A program made the translations under genes and the position numbers. DNA of 54,902 bases from Verrucomicrobia bacterium UBA1412 (GTDB lineage: Bacteria; Verrucomicrobiota; Verrucomicrobiia; Limisphaerales; UBA1412): contig DBPU01000026.1 in NCBI GenBank assembly GCA_002305615.1, forward strand, positions 40,660 to 95,561, given 5' to 3'. Below are positions 9,297 through 18,553 of the stretch, piece after piece. Numbering within the stretch: the stretch's first letter is position 1; each line of letters starts with the position of its first letter. The notes under the pieces were generated by a model, which did no database searches, was not told where the DNA came from, and saw only the letters and a list, made by a program, of their open reading frames with translations.

Positions 9297-10670
9297 CTAG
9301 AAAGACCAGCCCTCACGGTAATTCTTATGAACGTAGTGGTTCGCCTCTTCTGAATTGGTGAACTTAAACTGCTCCTGGTCCCAATGCAGACGAATGCGGG
9401 TCAGCTCTTCACGCAATCCGACACGCAGCGCCACATTGCCCATCAACACCACCTGGGCCAGAGGACCGGCTTGGTCGAAGTTCATGCGGGCCGGTTTCTT
9501 GGGATCCTTACAGGCTTGGACAAACTCGGCATAATGCCCCGGGGAACGCTCCAGTGTTTTGGGAATTTCTCCCACCACTTTCCGGCGATTCTCATCGTAA
9601 ATAGTAGAATCCAGAATGATACCTTCTTCACCCACAATCAAACGACCGTTTTCCGCCATAGCGGCTCCCTCCGGAACGATGTCAGGGCGGAATGGACGTA
9701 ATCCACCATCGTACCAAACCATCTTGAGCGGCGGATTATTCCCGTAACTGTCAAACTGCCACTCCACCATTGAGCCTAAAGGAAAAGTCTCCTCATTCAC
9801 GCGAGTGGAAACCGCATGAACAGTCTTGGGATAGTGCCCCGTCAGTCCAATAGCTCTGAAGATCGGTGCAAAGAAATGACATCCGATATCTCCCAAGGCC
9901 CCTGTTCCGAAATCCCACCAGCCACGCCAGATGAAGGGATGATAGGCAGGATGGTAAGGACGCTCAGGCGCCGTACCGAGCCACAGATTCCAATCCAAAT
10001 TATCTGGCACCGGAGGAGTCCCTTGCGGGCGATTTACCCCCTGAGGCCAGTATTCACCGAATAAACCGTTGGAAGGACGGTCAGTCCAAACATGCAGCTC
10101 TTTAACCTTGCCGATAGCACCGGCCTGGATCATCTCACACAACCGATAAGTATCCTCAGAAGCCTGCCCCTGGTTTCCCATCTGCGTAGCTACTCCGTGC
10201 TTGCGAGCCTCTTCAGCAACCCATTTAGCCTCGAACATCGTGTGGGTTAAAGGCTTCTCGCAGTAAACATGCTTACCCCTGCGAATGGCAGTGATGCTGG
10301 CAGGAGCGTGAGTATGATCGGGCGTCGCAACGATTACCGCGTCTATCTCCTTATCCATTTCTTCGAGCATCTTACGGTAATCTTTATATTTTTTAGCCTT
10401 CGGAAAAGAATTGAATGAATTGGCTCCGCGATCCCAGTCCACATCGCACAAAGCTACCACGTCTACAGGCAAATTTTTGAATTGCCCCAGATCATGACCT
10501 CCTTGTCCGCCAAGTCCAATACCGGCTATACGTACTCTTTCACTTGAAGGCGTGGCACCGTTCAAGCCCAAAACATGTCCGGGCACAATCGTAAAAGCTG
10601 TTGCTGCTAACGTCGATGCTTTCAAAAATTGTCGTCTTGAAAGCCCATTATTATGTTGGATTTTTCTCAT
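9297..10670 (-). CDS. Tat-exported Gfo/Idh/MocA-family NAD-binding oxidoreductase (possibly GH109-like)
   Basis: Twin-arginine signal LSRRQFLKASTLAATAF, Rossmann motif VRIAGIGLGGQGGHD, and the EKP motif HVYCEKPL. Length is 457 aa. Confidence 0.85.
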   Translation of the reverse strand: MRKIQHNNGLSRRQFLKASTLAATAFTIVPGHVLGLNGATPSSERVRIAGIGLGGQGGHDLGQFKNLPVDVVALCDVDWDRGANSFNSFPKAKKYKDYRKMLEEMDKEIDAVIVATPDHTHAPASITAIRRGKHVYCEKPLTHTMFEAKWVAEEARKHGVATQMGNQGQASEDTYRLCEMIQAGAIGKVKELHVWTDRPSNGLFGEYWPQGVNRPQGTPPVPDNLDWNLWLGTAPERPYHPAYHPFIWRGWWDFGTGALGDIGCHFFAPIFRAIGLTGHYPKTVHAVSTRVNEETFPLGSMVEWQFDSYGNNPPLKMVWYDGGLRPFRPDIVPEGAAMAENGRLIVGEEGIILDSTIYDENRRKVVGEIPKTLERSPGHYAEFVQACKDPKKPARMNFDQAGPLAQVVLMGNVALRVGLREELTRIRLHWDQEQFKFTNSEEANHYVHKNYREGWSF

Positions 10671-10799
10671 AAAGCACGCCGGTGACTATCTCAAAAAAGC
10701 CCTGCAAAGTAAACATCAATTTGAGAATGAGAACTGACAAAGGTGTAAAATCAAGGCACTTTTTGCATTCCAAGAAAAGGGAGTCTGCTTTCAGTATAA

Positions 10800-12995
10800 C
10801 TAGCACGCACGAGTTTTTTCCAGAACCTCGCGCAGATTCATATAATCAACCTTGCCAGATCCCAACCGAGGCAACTCACTCATTTGAAAAATATTACGGG
10901 GCGCACAGAGATTGCTTAAACCACTCTCTCTGACAATCTGCCTGACACGGTCTTCCTTCAATCTGGGTTCATTCGTAACAACAACGAGAGACTCACCGCG
11001 CTCCTGACAGTGAACAGCACAAACCGCCAGCTCAAACTTTTCACCATACTCCTTCAAGTTTTCTCTGAGGACATCTTCCACTGAGGTCAAACTGATCATT
11101 TCTCCGCTGATTTTGGCAAACCTCTTCACTCTTCCCAAAATGGTGATAAAGCCGTGTTCATCAATCTTTGCGATGTCTCCGGTATCATACCAGCCCCCCA
11201 AAGCTTGGAAAGCCTCGTTGACCTCCTGGTTCAGGTATCCGGTCATCACATTGGGACCTTTCACCAATAAACGTCCGCCTTCGGTAATCCCAGGCACCGG
11301 CTCCAGGCGTGCCTGCATTCCGGGCAAAATTCTTCCCACTGAACCGGGTTTGTTATCAAAGGTGGTGTTCACTGAAATCACCGGGGAACATTCTGTCACT
11401 CCGTACCCCTCGCCAATCAACGTAGAAAACTTTTCTATATAAGTTTTAACCGTACTGGGCTGCAATTTCTCCGCTCCGGCGATGGTTATTTTGAGGCTTT
11501 CAAAATCACACGCATGGGCATAGTGTGCGTATCCGTTGAGGAAAGTGTTGGTCGTGGCAAAGACTGTACAGGCTGAATCGTAAATGAGCGAAGGAATGAC
11601 CCGGAAATGCATTGGCGACGGATAGTTTAAGCAATAAATACCGCGCAGCAGGGGGATAACCACACCCAATATCAACCCGAAACCATGAAAAACAGGCAGC
11701 GCATTAAAAATTTTCTCCGAATCGGATAAATTTACGAACGGAACTGCCTGCTCGCAGTTGGCGATCAAGTTTCGGTGAGAAAGCTCCACTCCCTTGGGGG
11801 TGCCCTCAGAGCCACTGGTAAATAAAATAACCGCCGTGGACTCATGAGTCACTCGTCTGGGCACTGGGCATGTGCAATGAATAGAATAAAGCAGCTTTTT
11901 CCAAAGCGGAATTTCCGAGCCGATATCCTCCAGATAAAGAAGCTCAACTCCGATTTCCTTCATCTTTTCTACGTCAAAGTTAAGTTGTTTCACAAAACTT
12001 CGCGAAGTGATGATCTGCTTTAACTTGGCTAATTTCACACAATCGCAAATGGTTTTAATGCCGGCGCTGAAGTTCAAAAGAGTAGGCACTTTCCCCAAAC
12101 CCCAAAGGGATAGCAACGTCACCACGGTGCCATTAACTCCGGGCATCATGAAGCCAACCCTACCCTGTTCTGAGGCAACCAGACGTTTTTTCAAGACGTC
12201 GCCCAGGAGCTTTGCTCCCAATACCAACCTCTTATAAGTCAGATGATTGTGCTTGAAATCACTCCAGATAACCTTTTTCTTCAGAAGACCGTACATCGAC
12301 CGAACCGCCTCCGGCAACGTCTGGGGACCATACTCCAGGTTCACTTTCAACTGATGCTCCAGCATCTCGTCACGCAGCCAACTGGTCACCTGGGCTCTTT
12401 GTTCGTGACTGTGCTCCGCATGAGAAGCCGTCTCCTGCGATGTGACAGGTGCAGTTTCCACATTCGGCTTGAATGCCTGACGATTCAGAGGAAGAGCCAG
12501 ATGCAGTGAGACTCTCGGGAAGAGTTGAGTGTAGCCTCTGTGCTTAACCCATTTGATATAACGAGCTCCTCGCAAATATCCCAAAATGATCTTGGCCTCT
12601 GTTTTTTTGATAAGAAAGCTGACGCCGGGAAGCGTTTTCATAAGCTCCCCTGTCAGGGAGAGTCTTCCTTCCGCAAAAATGACGACACGCCCTTTTTTGG
12701 AGAGTATTTCGGCCAAATGTTTAACCGCATAGGGTGAACCGGGGTCAATCGGGATCGTCCGCTTGTTGATCATCACCTTCTTGTGAAACCAGCTGGTCCG
12801 GGCCGTAATGGTCGAAGTGACAAACAACCAATCCTTTTCCAGTACAACGAGCAGAAAAAGCCAGTCCAACCAGGAAACGTGATTCGGAACCAGAATGACG
12901 GGACCTTTTACGTTTAAATGATCCTTACCGTAAACCTTATACCCATAGAGAAGACGCAGTAACAACCTCAACAGAACTCGAACAATCCGATACAT
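10800..12995 (-). CDS. aas: Bifunctional 2-acylglycerophosphoethanolamine acyltransferase / acyl-ACP synthetase
   Basis: The N-terminal PlsC-type acyltransferase has PNHVSWLDW (HX4D) and VIFAEGRLS. The C-terminal AMP-binding domain has LFTSGSEGTPKGV, EGYGVTEC, WYDTGD and GRVKRFAKISGEM. It is collinear with E. coli Aas (~719 aa) as I recall it and lies directly downstream of lplT. Confidence 0.85.
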   Translation of the reverse strand: MYRIVRVLLRLLLRLLYGYKVYGKDHLNVKGPVILVPNHVSWLDWLFLLVVLEKDWLFVTSTITARTSWFHKKVMINKRTIPIDPGSPYAVKHLAEILSKKGRVVIFAEGRLSLTGELMKTLPGVSFLIKKTEAKIILGYLRGARYIKWVKHRGYTQLFPRVSLHLALPLNRQAFKPNVETAPVTSQETASHAEHSHEQRAQVTSWLRDEMLEHQLKVNLEYGPQTLPEAVRSMYGLLKKKVIWSDFKHNHLTYKRLVLGAKLLGDVLKKRLVASEQGRVGFMMPGVNGTVVTLLSLWGLGKVPTLLNFSAGIKTICDCVKLAKLKQIITSRSFVKQLNFDVEKMKEIGVELLYLEDIGSEIPLWKKLLYSIHCTCPVPRRVTHESTAVILFTSGSEGTPKGVELSHRNLIANCEQAVPFVNLSDSEKIFNALPVFHGFGLILGVVIPLLRGIYCLNYPSPMHFRVIPSLIYDSACTVFATTNTFLNGYAHYAHACDFESLKITIAGAEKLQPSTVKTYIEKFSTLIGEGYGVTECSPVISVNTTFDNKPGSVGRILPGMQARLEPVPGITEGGRLLVKGPNVMTGYLNQEVNEAFQALGGWYDTGDIAKIDEHGFITILGRVKRFAKISGEMISLTSVEDVLRENLKEYGEKFELAVCAVHCQERGESLVVVTNEPRLKEDRVRQIVRESGLSNLCAPRNIFQMSELPRLGSGKVDYMNLREVLEKTRAC

Positions 12996-13014
12996 ATATA
13001 TTAATTAAAATCCC

Positions 13015-14286
13015 TTATCTACAGTACTCTTTATCTGAATTAAAACTATTATTTGTAAACCTTAACGACAGAGTAACACATCCAATGATCAAAGCCAACA
13101 CCACAAATACGCCCTGTACCGGACAATTGATATATGCGATCAACCCAACAAATCCGCCAGAAACACACATAGCGATGTTTTCAACGAAATTTTGAACCGC
13201 GACCGTTTTTCCCAGTTTCTCCGGCGGTGTTTCAGCCTGAAAGGCCGCATTTTGGGGAATAAGATAAAGTCCGCCCATGGCTCCCGTAAGGATTAAAACG
13301 GCCACCACCAGCCCGTAGGCACTGATAAACCCAAGCAATAACACACCCAGTCCCAAAATAAAACCATAACGGCGAATATGCCTCAGGTCCCCGGTTTTAT
13401 AGAAATAGCCCGATACCGCATTCCCGACGATGAGCCCGATAGATAGCCACAATCCCAATAAAGAGATTTGAGTGTTATCCTTGAGCCCCAGCACCTGAAG
13501 TCCCCAAGGCTGAAAATTCATCTTCACCGCAGAACCCAAAAACCAAAAAAGAGTCGTCCCAATCAAAATATTTCTCAATCGACCATTTCGTAATAGAAAA
13601 CCCACATGTGAAAAAAACGTTTTCAGGCTTTCAGAACTTTTTAAACCCGATGTCTGTGATGTTCGGCTCATTGCACACGCCGCACCCAGGGATATCAAAT
13701 ACCCGCCTATTAAAATCCAGTAACAGGCCGGTGCAGGCAGACGATCAATGAGAACCGAACCTCCAATCACCCCGGTCAGTATAGCAACCATTGTCAACAT
13801 TTCGACCATCCCGTTTGCCTTTACCAGCTTTTCCCGATGTACTATTTCGGGTAGAATGCCGTACTTGGCCGGCGAATAAACACAGGATCCTGTTCCAACG
13901 ATAAAGTACCCGATTCCCTGCAAAAAAGTCGGATGATTCAAACAAAGCAGGCAAAGAAAGGTACCGAATATCTTGAAGCCATTTCCCACCCGCAGGAGCG
14001 TTGTCTTCGGAAAGCGATCATTCAGATACCCTACCCAGGGAGCAAAGACGACATAGGGAATGAAGAGCATCGTGGTGAAAAGTGCATTATAAAAACGCAG
14101 TGTTTCATCACGCATGTCTCCGTCCAGGTTCAAAAAAGTTAACTGCCCCAGGATTACAGCCAAAAGAGCATTGTCTCCTAATGCGCCGAAAAACTGGCCG
14201 CAAAGGAGCAGGGGGTAGTTCTTCATAGGGTTAAGACCAGTGCCGTCACTGGCTGGATAATATACGGAACTGGCAAAACTGTCCAC
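13015..14286 (-). CDS. lplT: MFS lysophospholipid transporter
   Basis: Multi-TM MFS protein with GQFFGALGDNALL and YSPAKYGILPEIVHREKLVKANG, both close to the E. coli LplT blocks as I recall them. Its stop is 19 nt upstream of the aas start. An alternative start is the ATG at 14226 (MKNYPLL). Confidence 0.8.
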   Translation of the reverse strand: MDSFASSVYYPASDGTGLNPMKNYPLLLCGQFFGALGDNALLAVILGQLTFLNLDGDMRDETLRFYNALFTTMLFIPYVVFAPWVGYLNDRFPKTTLLRVGNGFKIFGTFLCLLCLNHPTFLQGIGYFIVGTGSCVYSPAKYGILPEIVHREKLVKANGMVEMLTMVAILTGVIGGSVLIDRLPAPACYWILIGGYLISLGAACAMSRTSQTSGLKSSESLKTFFSHVGFLLRNGRLRNILIGTTLFWFLGSAVKMNFQPWGLQVLGLKDNTQISLLGLWLSIGLIVGNAVSGYFYKTGDLRHIRRYGFILGLGVLLLGFISAYGLVVAVLILTGAMGGLYLIPQNAAFQAETPPEKLGKTVAVQNFVENIAMCVSGGFVGLIAYINCPVQGVFVVLALIIGCVTLSLRFTNNSFNSDKEYCR

Positions 14287-14357
14287 AGACGAAAAAGTAA
14301 CAATCAGCAGCCAGGTTCAAAAATAGGCTGGAAAAAAAGAGCGGGCCTTCCATAATT

Positions 14358-14364
14358 AAGGAGG
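14358..14364 (+). promoter_or_regulatory. Shine-Dalgarno sequence for ispA
   Basis: AAGGAGG lies 11 nt upstream of the ATG at 14376. Confidence 0.5.
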
Positions 14365-14375
14365 AATGTTCTACT

Positions 14376-15269
14376 ATGAGCAAAAAATTTGATTTAGCTA
14401 AGTGGTTAGGTGATTCTACGGAAAAGGTGAACCGGTCATTGGATTTCTATCTGCCTCCGGAAGATCAAAAACCGATTGTTTTGCACAAGGCCATGCGATA
14501 CTCCGTTTTTGCCGGTGGCAAACGGGTACGGCCAGCCATTCTTCTGGCTGCGGCTGAAGCATGTGGAGGGAATGCAGAGCCTGCACTTCCTCTGGCCTGT
14601 GCGATTGAGTGCATCCATACCTATTCACTGATACATGACGATTTGCCGGCGATGGATAATGACGATTTCAGACGCGGCAGGCCGACCAGCCATAAGGTTT
14701 TCGGCGAAGGAATCGCGATACTGGCAGGAGACGGGCTCCTCACCGAAGCTTTTGCCATCGCCTCCCGCTGGGATGCTGTCGAGCGTTATTCTCACAAAGA
14801 TATCACTGCGGAGCTTGCATATCACTCCGGCAGCCTTCAAATGGTAGGCGGGCAAGCCATAGATTTGGAAAGCGAAGGCAAAGCGATCAGTCCGGAAGAG
14901 CTGAAATATATTCACGAGCGCAAGACCTCCGCGCTGCTCTGCCTCTCCACCCGTCTGGGAGCAATGAGTGCGAATGCCACTCCCGCGCAACTGGAAGCCC
15001 TAACCGTATTTGGATACAAGGTCGGACTGGCTTTTCAAATTATTGACGATATTTTGGATATTACTCAGAGCACGGAAAAGCTGGGCAAAACCGCGGGTAA
15101 AGACGTACAGGAGCAAAAGGCAACCTATCCGGCTCTGCTCGGTTTGGAGAAATCCAAGGCCCTGGCCGCCGAGCTCACCCAGGAAGCCTTTTCCAGCTTG
15201 GATATTTTCAAAGGCAAAGCGGTTGCCCTCAGTGCCCTTGCCCAGTACCTTCTGAAAAGAGACCACTAA
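14376..15269 (+). CDS. ispA: Short-chain polyprenyl (farnesyl/geranylgeranyl) diphosphate synthase
   Basis: First Asp-rich motif LIHDDLPAMDNDDFRRGRP, second Asp-rich motif FQIIDDILD, and KTAGKD. Length is 297 aa. Confidence 0.85.
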   Translation: MSKKFDLAKWLGDSTEKVNRSLDFYLPPEDQKPIVLHKAMRYSVFAGGKRVRPAILLAAAEACGGNAEPALPLACAIECIHTYSLIHDDLPAMDNDDFRRGRPTSHKVFGEGIAILAGDGLLTEAFAIASRWDAVERYSHKDITAELAYHSGSLQMVGGQAIDLESEGKAISPEELKYIHERKTSALLCLSTRLGAMSANATPAQLEALTVFGYKVGLAFQIIDDILDITQSTEKLGKTAGKDVQEQKATYPALLGLEKSKALAAELTQEAFSSLDIFKGKAVALSALAQYLLKRDH

Positions 15270-15330
15270 CTATTTAGCCTCATGTTCGGTGTGGACATTC
15301 CTGTCCGAGCATCGTACAATCTGGCCACTT

Positions 15331-16467
15331 ATGCGAAGTGTAAAGATATTAACCTCGATCGTGCTGGCCGCGGCAGTTTTCCATCTGGGAGACTCTGACG
15401 CTATGGCCAAAGATAAACCTATGAAAATAGAAAAATCATATTTTGATACTACCCCACAGGGTACTAAAATAGATGCATACACCCTCTGCAATGGCCAGGG
15501 TGTAACAGTCAAGCTCGTCACTTGGGGAGCTACCATCGTCCAAATCACGGCACCTGACCGCAACGGAAAAATCGGCAATGTCGCCCTGGGATCTGATAAA
15601 ATCGCCCCTTATCAGAAAGATTATCAAGGTTCAATCGTGGGCCGCTACGCTAACCGAATCGCCAAAGGCAAGTTTTCAATCGGAGATAATGAATACACGT
15701 TAGCCAAAAACAACGGTGAGAACCATCTTCACGGAGGCCTTGTCGGCTTTAACCAGAAGATATGGAAAGCCAAGACGATCAAAAGAAAAGATTTTGTGGG
15801 AGTGGAATTCACCACGACCAGCGCCGATATGGAAGAAGGCTACCCCGGCAATATGACTATTAAAGTTGTTTACACTCTGGATAAGGAAAACAATCTTAAA
15901 ATAGAATACTTTGCCAAAACGGATAAGACTACGGTAGTCAACCTGACCAACCACGTCTACTTCAACCTGGCCGGTACGGGCACCATCCTGGACCACATCG
16001 TCACGCTGAACGCTGACTTCTACACTCCGGTGGATGAGGGCCTTATCCCCACAGGCGAAATCCTTTCGGTCAAAGGAACTCCTTTTGATTTCACTAAGCC
16101 CAACCGGATTGGCCACGGCTTTGATAAGCTCAATAACAACCCCAAGGGAATTGATCACAATATCGTCTTGAACCAATGCACCTGCAGCGACATGCATCAG
16201 GTTGCCACGGTCCTGGAGCCTAAATCCGGTCGCGTCATGGAAGTCTACACCACTCAGCCCGGTGTTCAATTCTACACGGGCAACTTCCTGAATGGTGCTT
16301 TTGTGGGTAGAGAAGGTGCCTATCAACAGTATGCCGGTTTCTGTCTGGAAACTCAGCACTATCCCGATAGCCCCAATCAGCCGCATTTCCCCTCTACTAT
16401 TCTGAAGCCGGGCGAAAAATACAACGAAGTGACAATCTACAAGTTCACCGTTGAAAATGCGGATTAG
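15331..16467 (+). CDS. galM: Periplasmic aldose 1-epimerase (galactose mutarotase)
   Basis: Motifs NHLHGG, EEGYPGN, TNHVYFNL and GFCLETQHYPDSPN. I prefer the ATG at 15331 (MRSVKILTSIVLAAAVF, a signal peptide) over the track start at 15289. Confidence 0.85.
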   Translation: MRSVKILTSIVLAAAVFHLGDSDAMAKDKPMKIEKSYFDTTPQGTKIDAYTLCNGQGVTVKLVTWGATIVQITAPDRNGKIGNVALGSDKIAPYQKDYQGSIVGRYANRIAKGKFSIGDNEYTLAKNNGENHLHGGLVGFNQKIWKAKTIKRKDFVGVEFTTTSADMEEGYPGNMTIKVVYTLDKENNLKIEYFAKTDKTTVVNLTNHVYFNLAGTGTILDHIVTLNADFYTPVDEGLIPTGEILSVKGTPFDFTKPNRIGHGFDKLNNNPKGIDHNIVLNQCTCSDMHQVATVLEPKSGRVMEVYTTQPGVQFYTGNFLNGAFVGREGAYQQYAGFCLETQHYPDSPNQPHFPSTILKPGEKYNEVTIYKFTVENAD

Positions 16468-16502
16468 TGAGTGAGTGTTAAGTAACTGACATTACACTTG
16501 TC

Positions 16503-16940
16503 ATGAACTTCAAAGCAGTAACTGTTTTGATCTGCTGTGGCGCAATGCTGTGTGCTTGCGCCACAAGCACCGTAGATAAGCGCCGTTCAGAAAGAATGGC
16601 GGCATATCAGGAACTCACGCCGGAGTTTCAAAAATTGGCTGATACCGGTGAAATCAAGGTAGGAATGCCTAAAGATGCCGTTTATATTGCCTGGGGAAAA
16701 CCCGATGATATTACCTATTCGGAAACCGAGGGCGGCAAACTGGAAACATGGCTTTATTATGGGCGCTACATGAAGGAGTATCGCTACTGGAATTATCGCA
16801 GCGTCTCCCGCAGTGACGGCGAGTACCTCATTCGCCATTTGGATACCGAGTACAATCCGGAAAGTTTCCTGAAGGCAGAGCTCGTCTTTTCGGGTAATAA
16901 ACTCATCCGCTGGAATACTCTCCCAAAACCCCAAGACTAA
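16503..16940 (+). CDS. Small lipoprotein, SmpA/OmlA (BamE)-like
   Basis: Lipobox-type signal LICCGAMLCAC, followed by GMPKDAVYIAWGKPD, which is typical of BamE-like domains. Length is 145 aa. Confidence 0.5.
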   Translation: MNFKAVTVLICCGAMLCACATSTVDKRRSERMAAYQELTPEFQKLADTGEIKVGMPKDAVYIAWGKPDDITYSETEGGKLETWLYYGRYMKEYRYWNYRSVSRSDGEYLIRHLDTEYNPESFLKAELVFSGNKLIRWNTLPKPQD

Positions 16941-17058
16941 AGTAACTCTCCCCCTCAGGCGCTCTCACCTTGTGAAGCGAGGGCCATCCTCTCATTTCAG
17001 GATAGAAGTAAATAGTCTTGCCCCGTCTACTGGCGCGCAGTAGAATTGGGTCGCTTTT

Positions 17059-18384
17059 ATGGAAACCGAGAATATGAAAAATGAAGATCGGCCGGGTATT
17101 TCTCGCCGGCAATTTTTGAGTAATAGTATGGTCGCCACGGCGGCTGTGGCTGCCTTTCCCTATGTTATGACTCGCCCTGCGTTTGGAGCTGAGGGTACAG
17201 AGGGAATTCGTTTAGGTGTCATTGGCACCGGTAATCAGGGACGTGGGCACTTGAATCAGGAGCTGGTATACAAAAACGTCGTAGCTATCTGCGATGTGGA
17301 CGATAAAATGCTGGCTGAAGGCAGAAAGAGAATCGAAGATAAAACCAAGCGCACTCCAGCCACTTATAAGGATTATCGCATAATGCTGGAGAAAGAAAAT
17401 CTGGATGCAGTTCTGATCTGTACTCCTGATCATTGGCATGCCCTTCAAACGATTGATGCATGCGCCGCCGGCAAACATGTTTACGTGGAAAAGCCGATGG
17501 CTTTGACAATCAGCGAAACTCAGCTCATGCTCAAAGCCGCCCGGAAATACAACGTGGTCGTACAAAATGGAAGCATGCAGCGCTCAATGTCGGGATTCCG
17601 CGAGGCCTGTGAATACGCCCGCAACGAGTATTTGGGCGAGGTCAAAATGGTCCGTGTCGGTTTACCGGGTGTAAACTATAACCAACCTTTCCGCCCCAAT
17701 ACCAATCCTCCTCCCGAGCTGGACTATGATATGTGGCTGGGCCCGGCCCCCTGGCGTCCTTATAACCAAAACCATGTTCACTATAATTTCCGCTTCTTCT
17801 GGGATTTCGCCGGCGGCCAAATGGCCAACTGGGGTGCCCACCATCTGGATATTGCTCAATGGGGCTTAGGTATGGATGAATCCGGCCCGGTACAGATCAG
17901 CGCTCGCTGTGAGTATGATCCCCAGAAACGCTATGAAGTCCCCTCCTGGTTCGAGATTGATTACAGGTATGCCAACGGTGCAAGGATCATTTGTGGACAA
18001 AGCCAGCGTGACGGCACCACCTTTGAAGGTCAGGATGGAACACTCTGGGTCAATCGCGGCAAAATTCAATGCTCCGTTAAAGGCGTTTTGGGGACTCCTC
18101 TGAAAGAGGATGAACTCCATCTCTACAAGAGCACAAATCACCATCAGGATTGGTACAACTGCATCCTGGCAGGCCCCGATGCGGATGGGAAGTATAAGAA
18201 ACCGATTTGCGATGTAGAGATCGGCCATCACTCGACCACCGTTTGCAACCTGGGTAACATCGCCTGCCGTACCGGACGCACGATTAAATGGGATCCGGTC
18301 AAAGAAGAGATCATCGACGACAAGGAAGCCGCATGGTACTTGGGTTACGAGTATCGTGCCCCTTGGAAGCTGCCGACGCTCTAA
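17059..18384 (+). CDS. Tat-exported Gfo/Idh/MocA-family NAD-binding oxidoreductase (possibly GH109-like)
   Basis: Twin-arginine signal ISRRQFLSNSMVATAAVAAF, Rossmann motif IRLGVIGTGNQGRGH, and the EKP motif HVYVEKPM. Length is 441 aa. Confidence 0.85.
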   Translation: METENMKNEDRPGISRRQFLSNSMVATAAVAAFPYVMTRPAFGAEGTEGIRLGVIGTGNQGRGHLNQELVYKNVVAICDVDDKMLAEGRKRIEDKTKRTPATYKDYRIMLEKENLDAVLICTPDHWHALQTIDACAAGKHVYVEKPMALTISETQLMLKAARKYNVVVQNGSMQRSMSGFREACEYARNEYLGEVKMVRVGLPGVNYNQPFRPNTNPPPELDYDMWLGPAPWRPYNQNHVHYNFRFFWDFAGGQMANWGAHHLDIAQWGLGMDESGPVQISARCEYDPQKRYEVPSWFEIDYRYANGARIICGQSQRDGTTFEGQDGTLWVNRGKIQCSVKGVLGTPLKEDELHLYKSTNHHQDWYNCILAGPDADGKYKKPICDVEIGHHSTTVCNLGNIACRTGRTIKWDPVKEEIIDDKEAAWYLGYEYRAPWKLPTL

Positions 18385-18399
18385 TTTAGAACCTTACGA

Positions 18400-18431
18400 C
18401 AAAGCCGGGTGTATCCCATCCGGCTTTGTTT
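18400..18431 (+). terminator. Rho-independent terminator after the 17059..18384 gene
   Basis: A 9-bp stem CAAAGCCGG (18400-18408) pairs with CCGGCTTTG (18420-18428) around an 11-nt loop, followed by TTTG. It starts 16 nt after the stop codon. Confidence 0.7.
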
Positions 18432-18553
18432 GCGATCGAAATCACGTTTGGCGATAAGAGGTACGCCAAACAATCAGCTCGAATTCTCTCCCTAAAAAAC
18501 CAGACATTCACCATCTTGAGGGAGTGGAAAAATGAAATTCTCTTTTAGCCAGG

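Noticed and set aside
15700-16386. 228-aa ORF antisense to galM
   Set aside because: It lies entirely inside, and opposite to, a gene with strong mutarotase motifs. It has no recognisable motif, signal or RBS. This is a typical shadow ORF.
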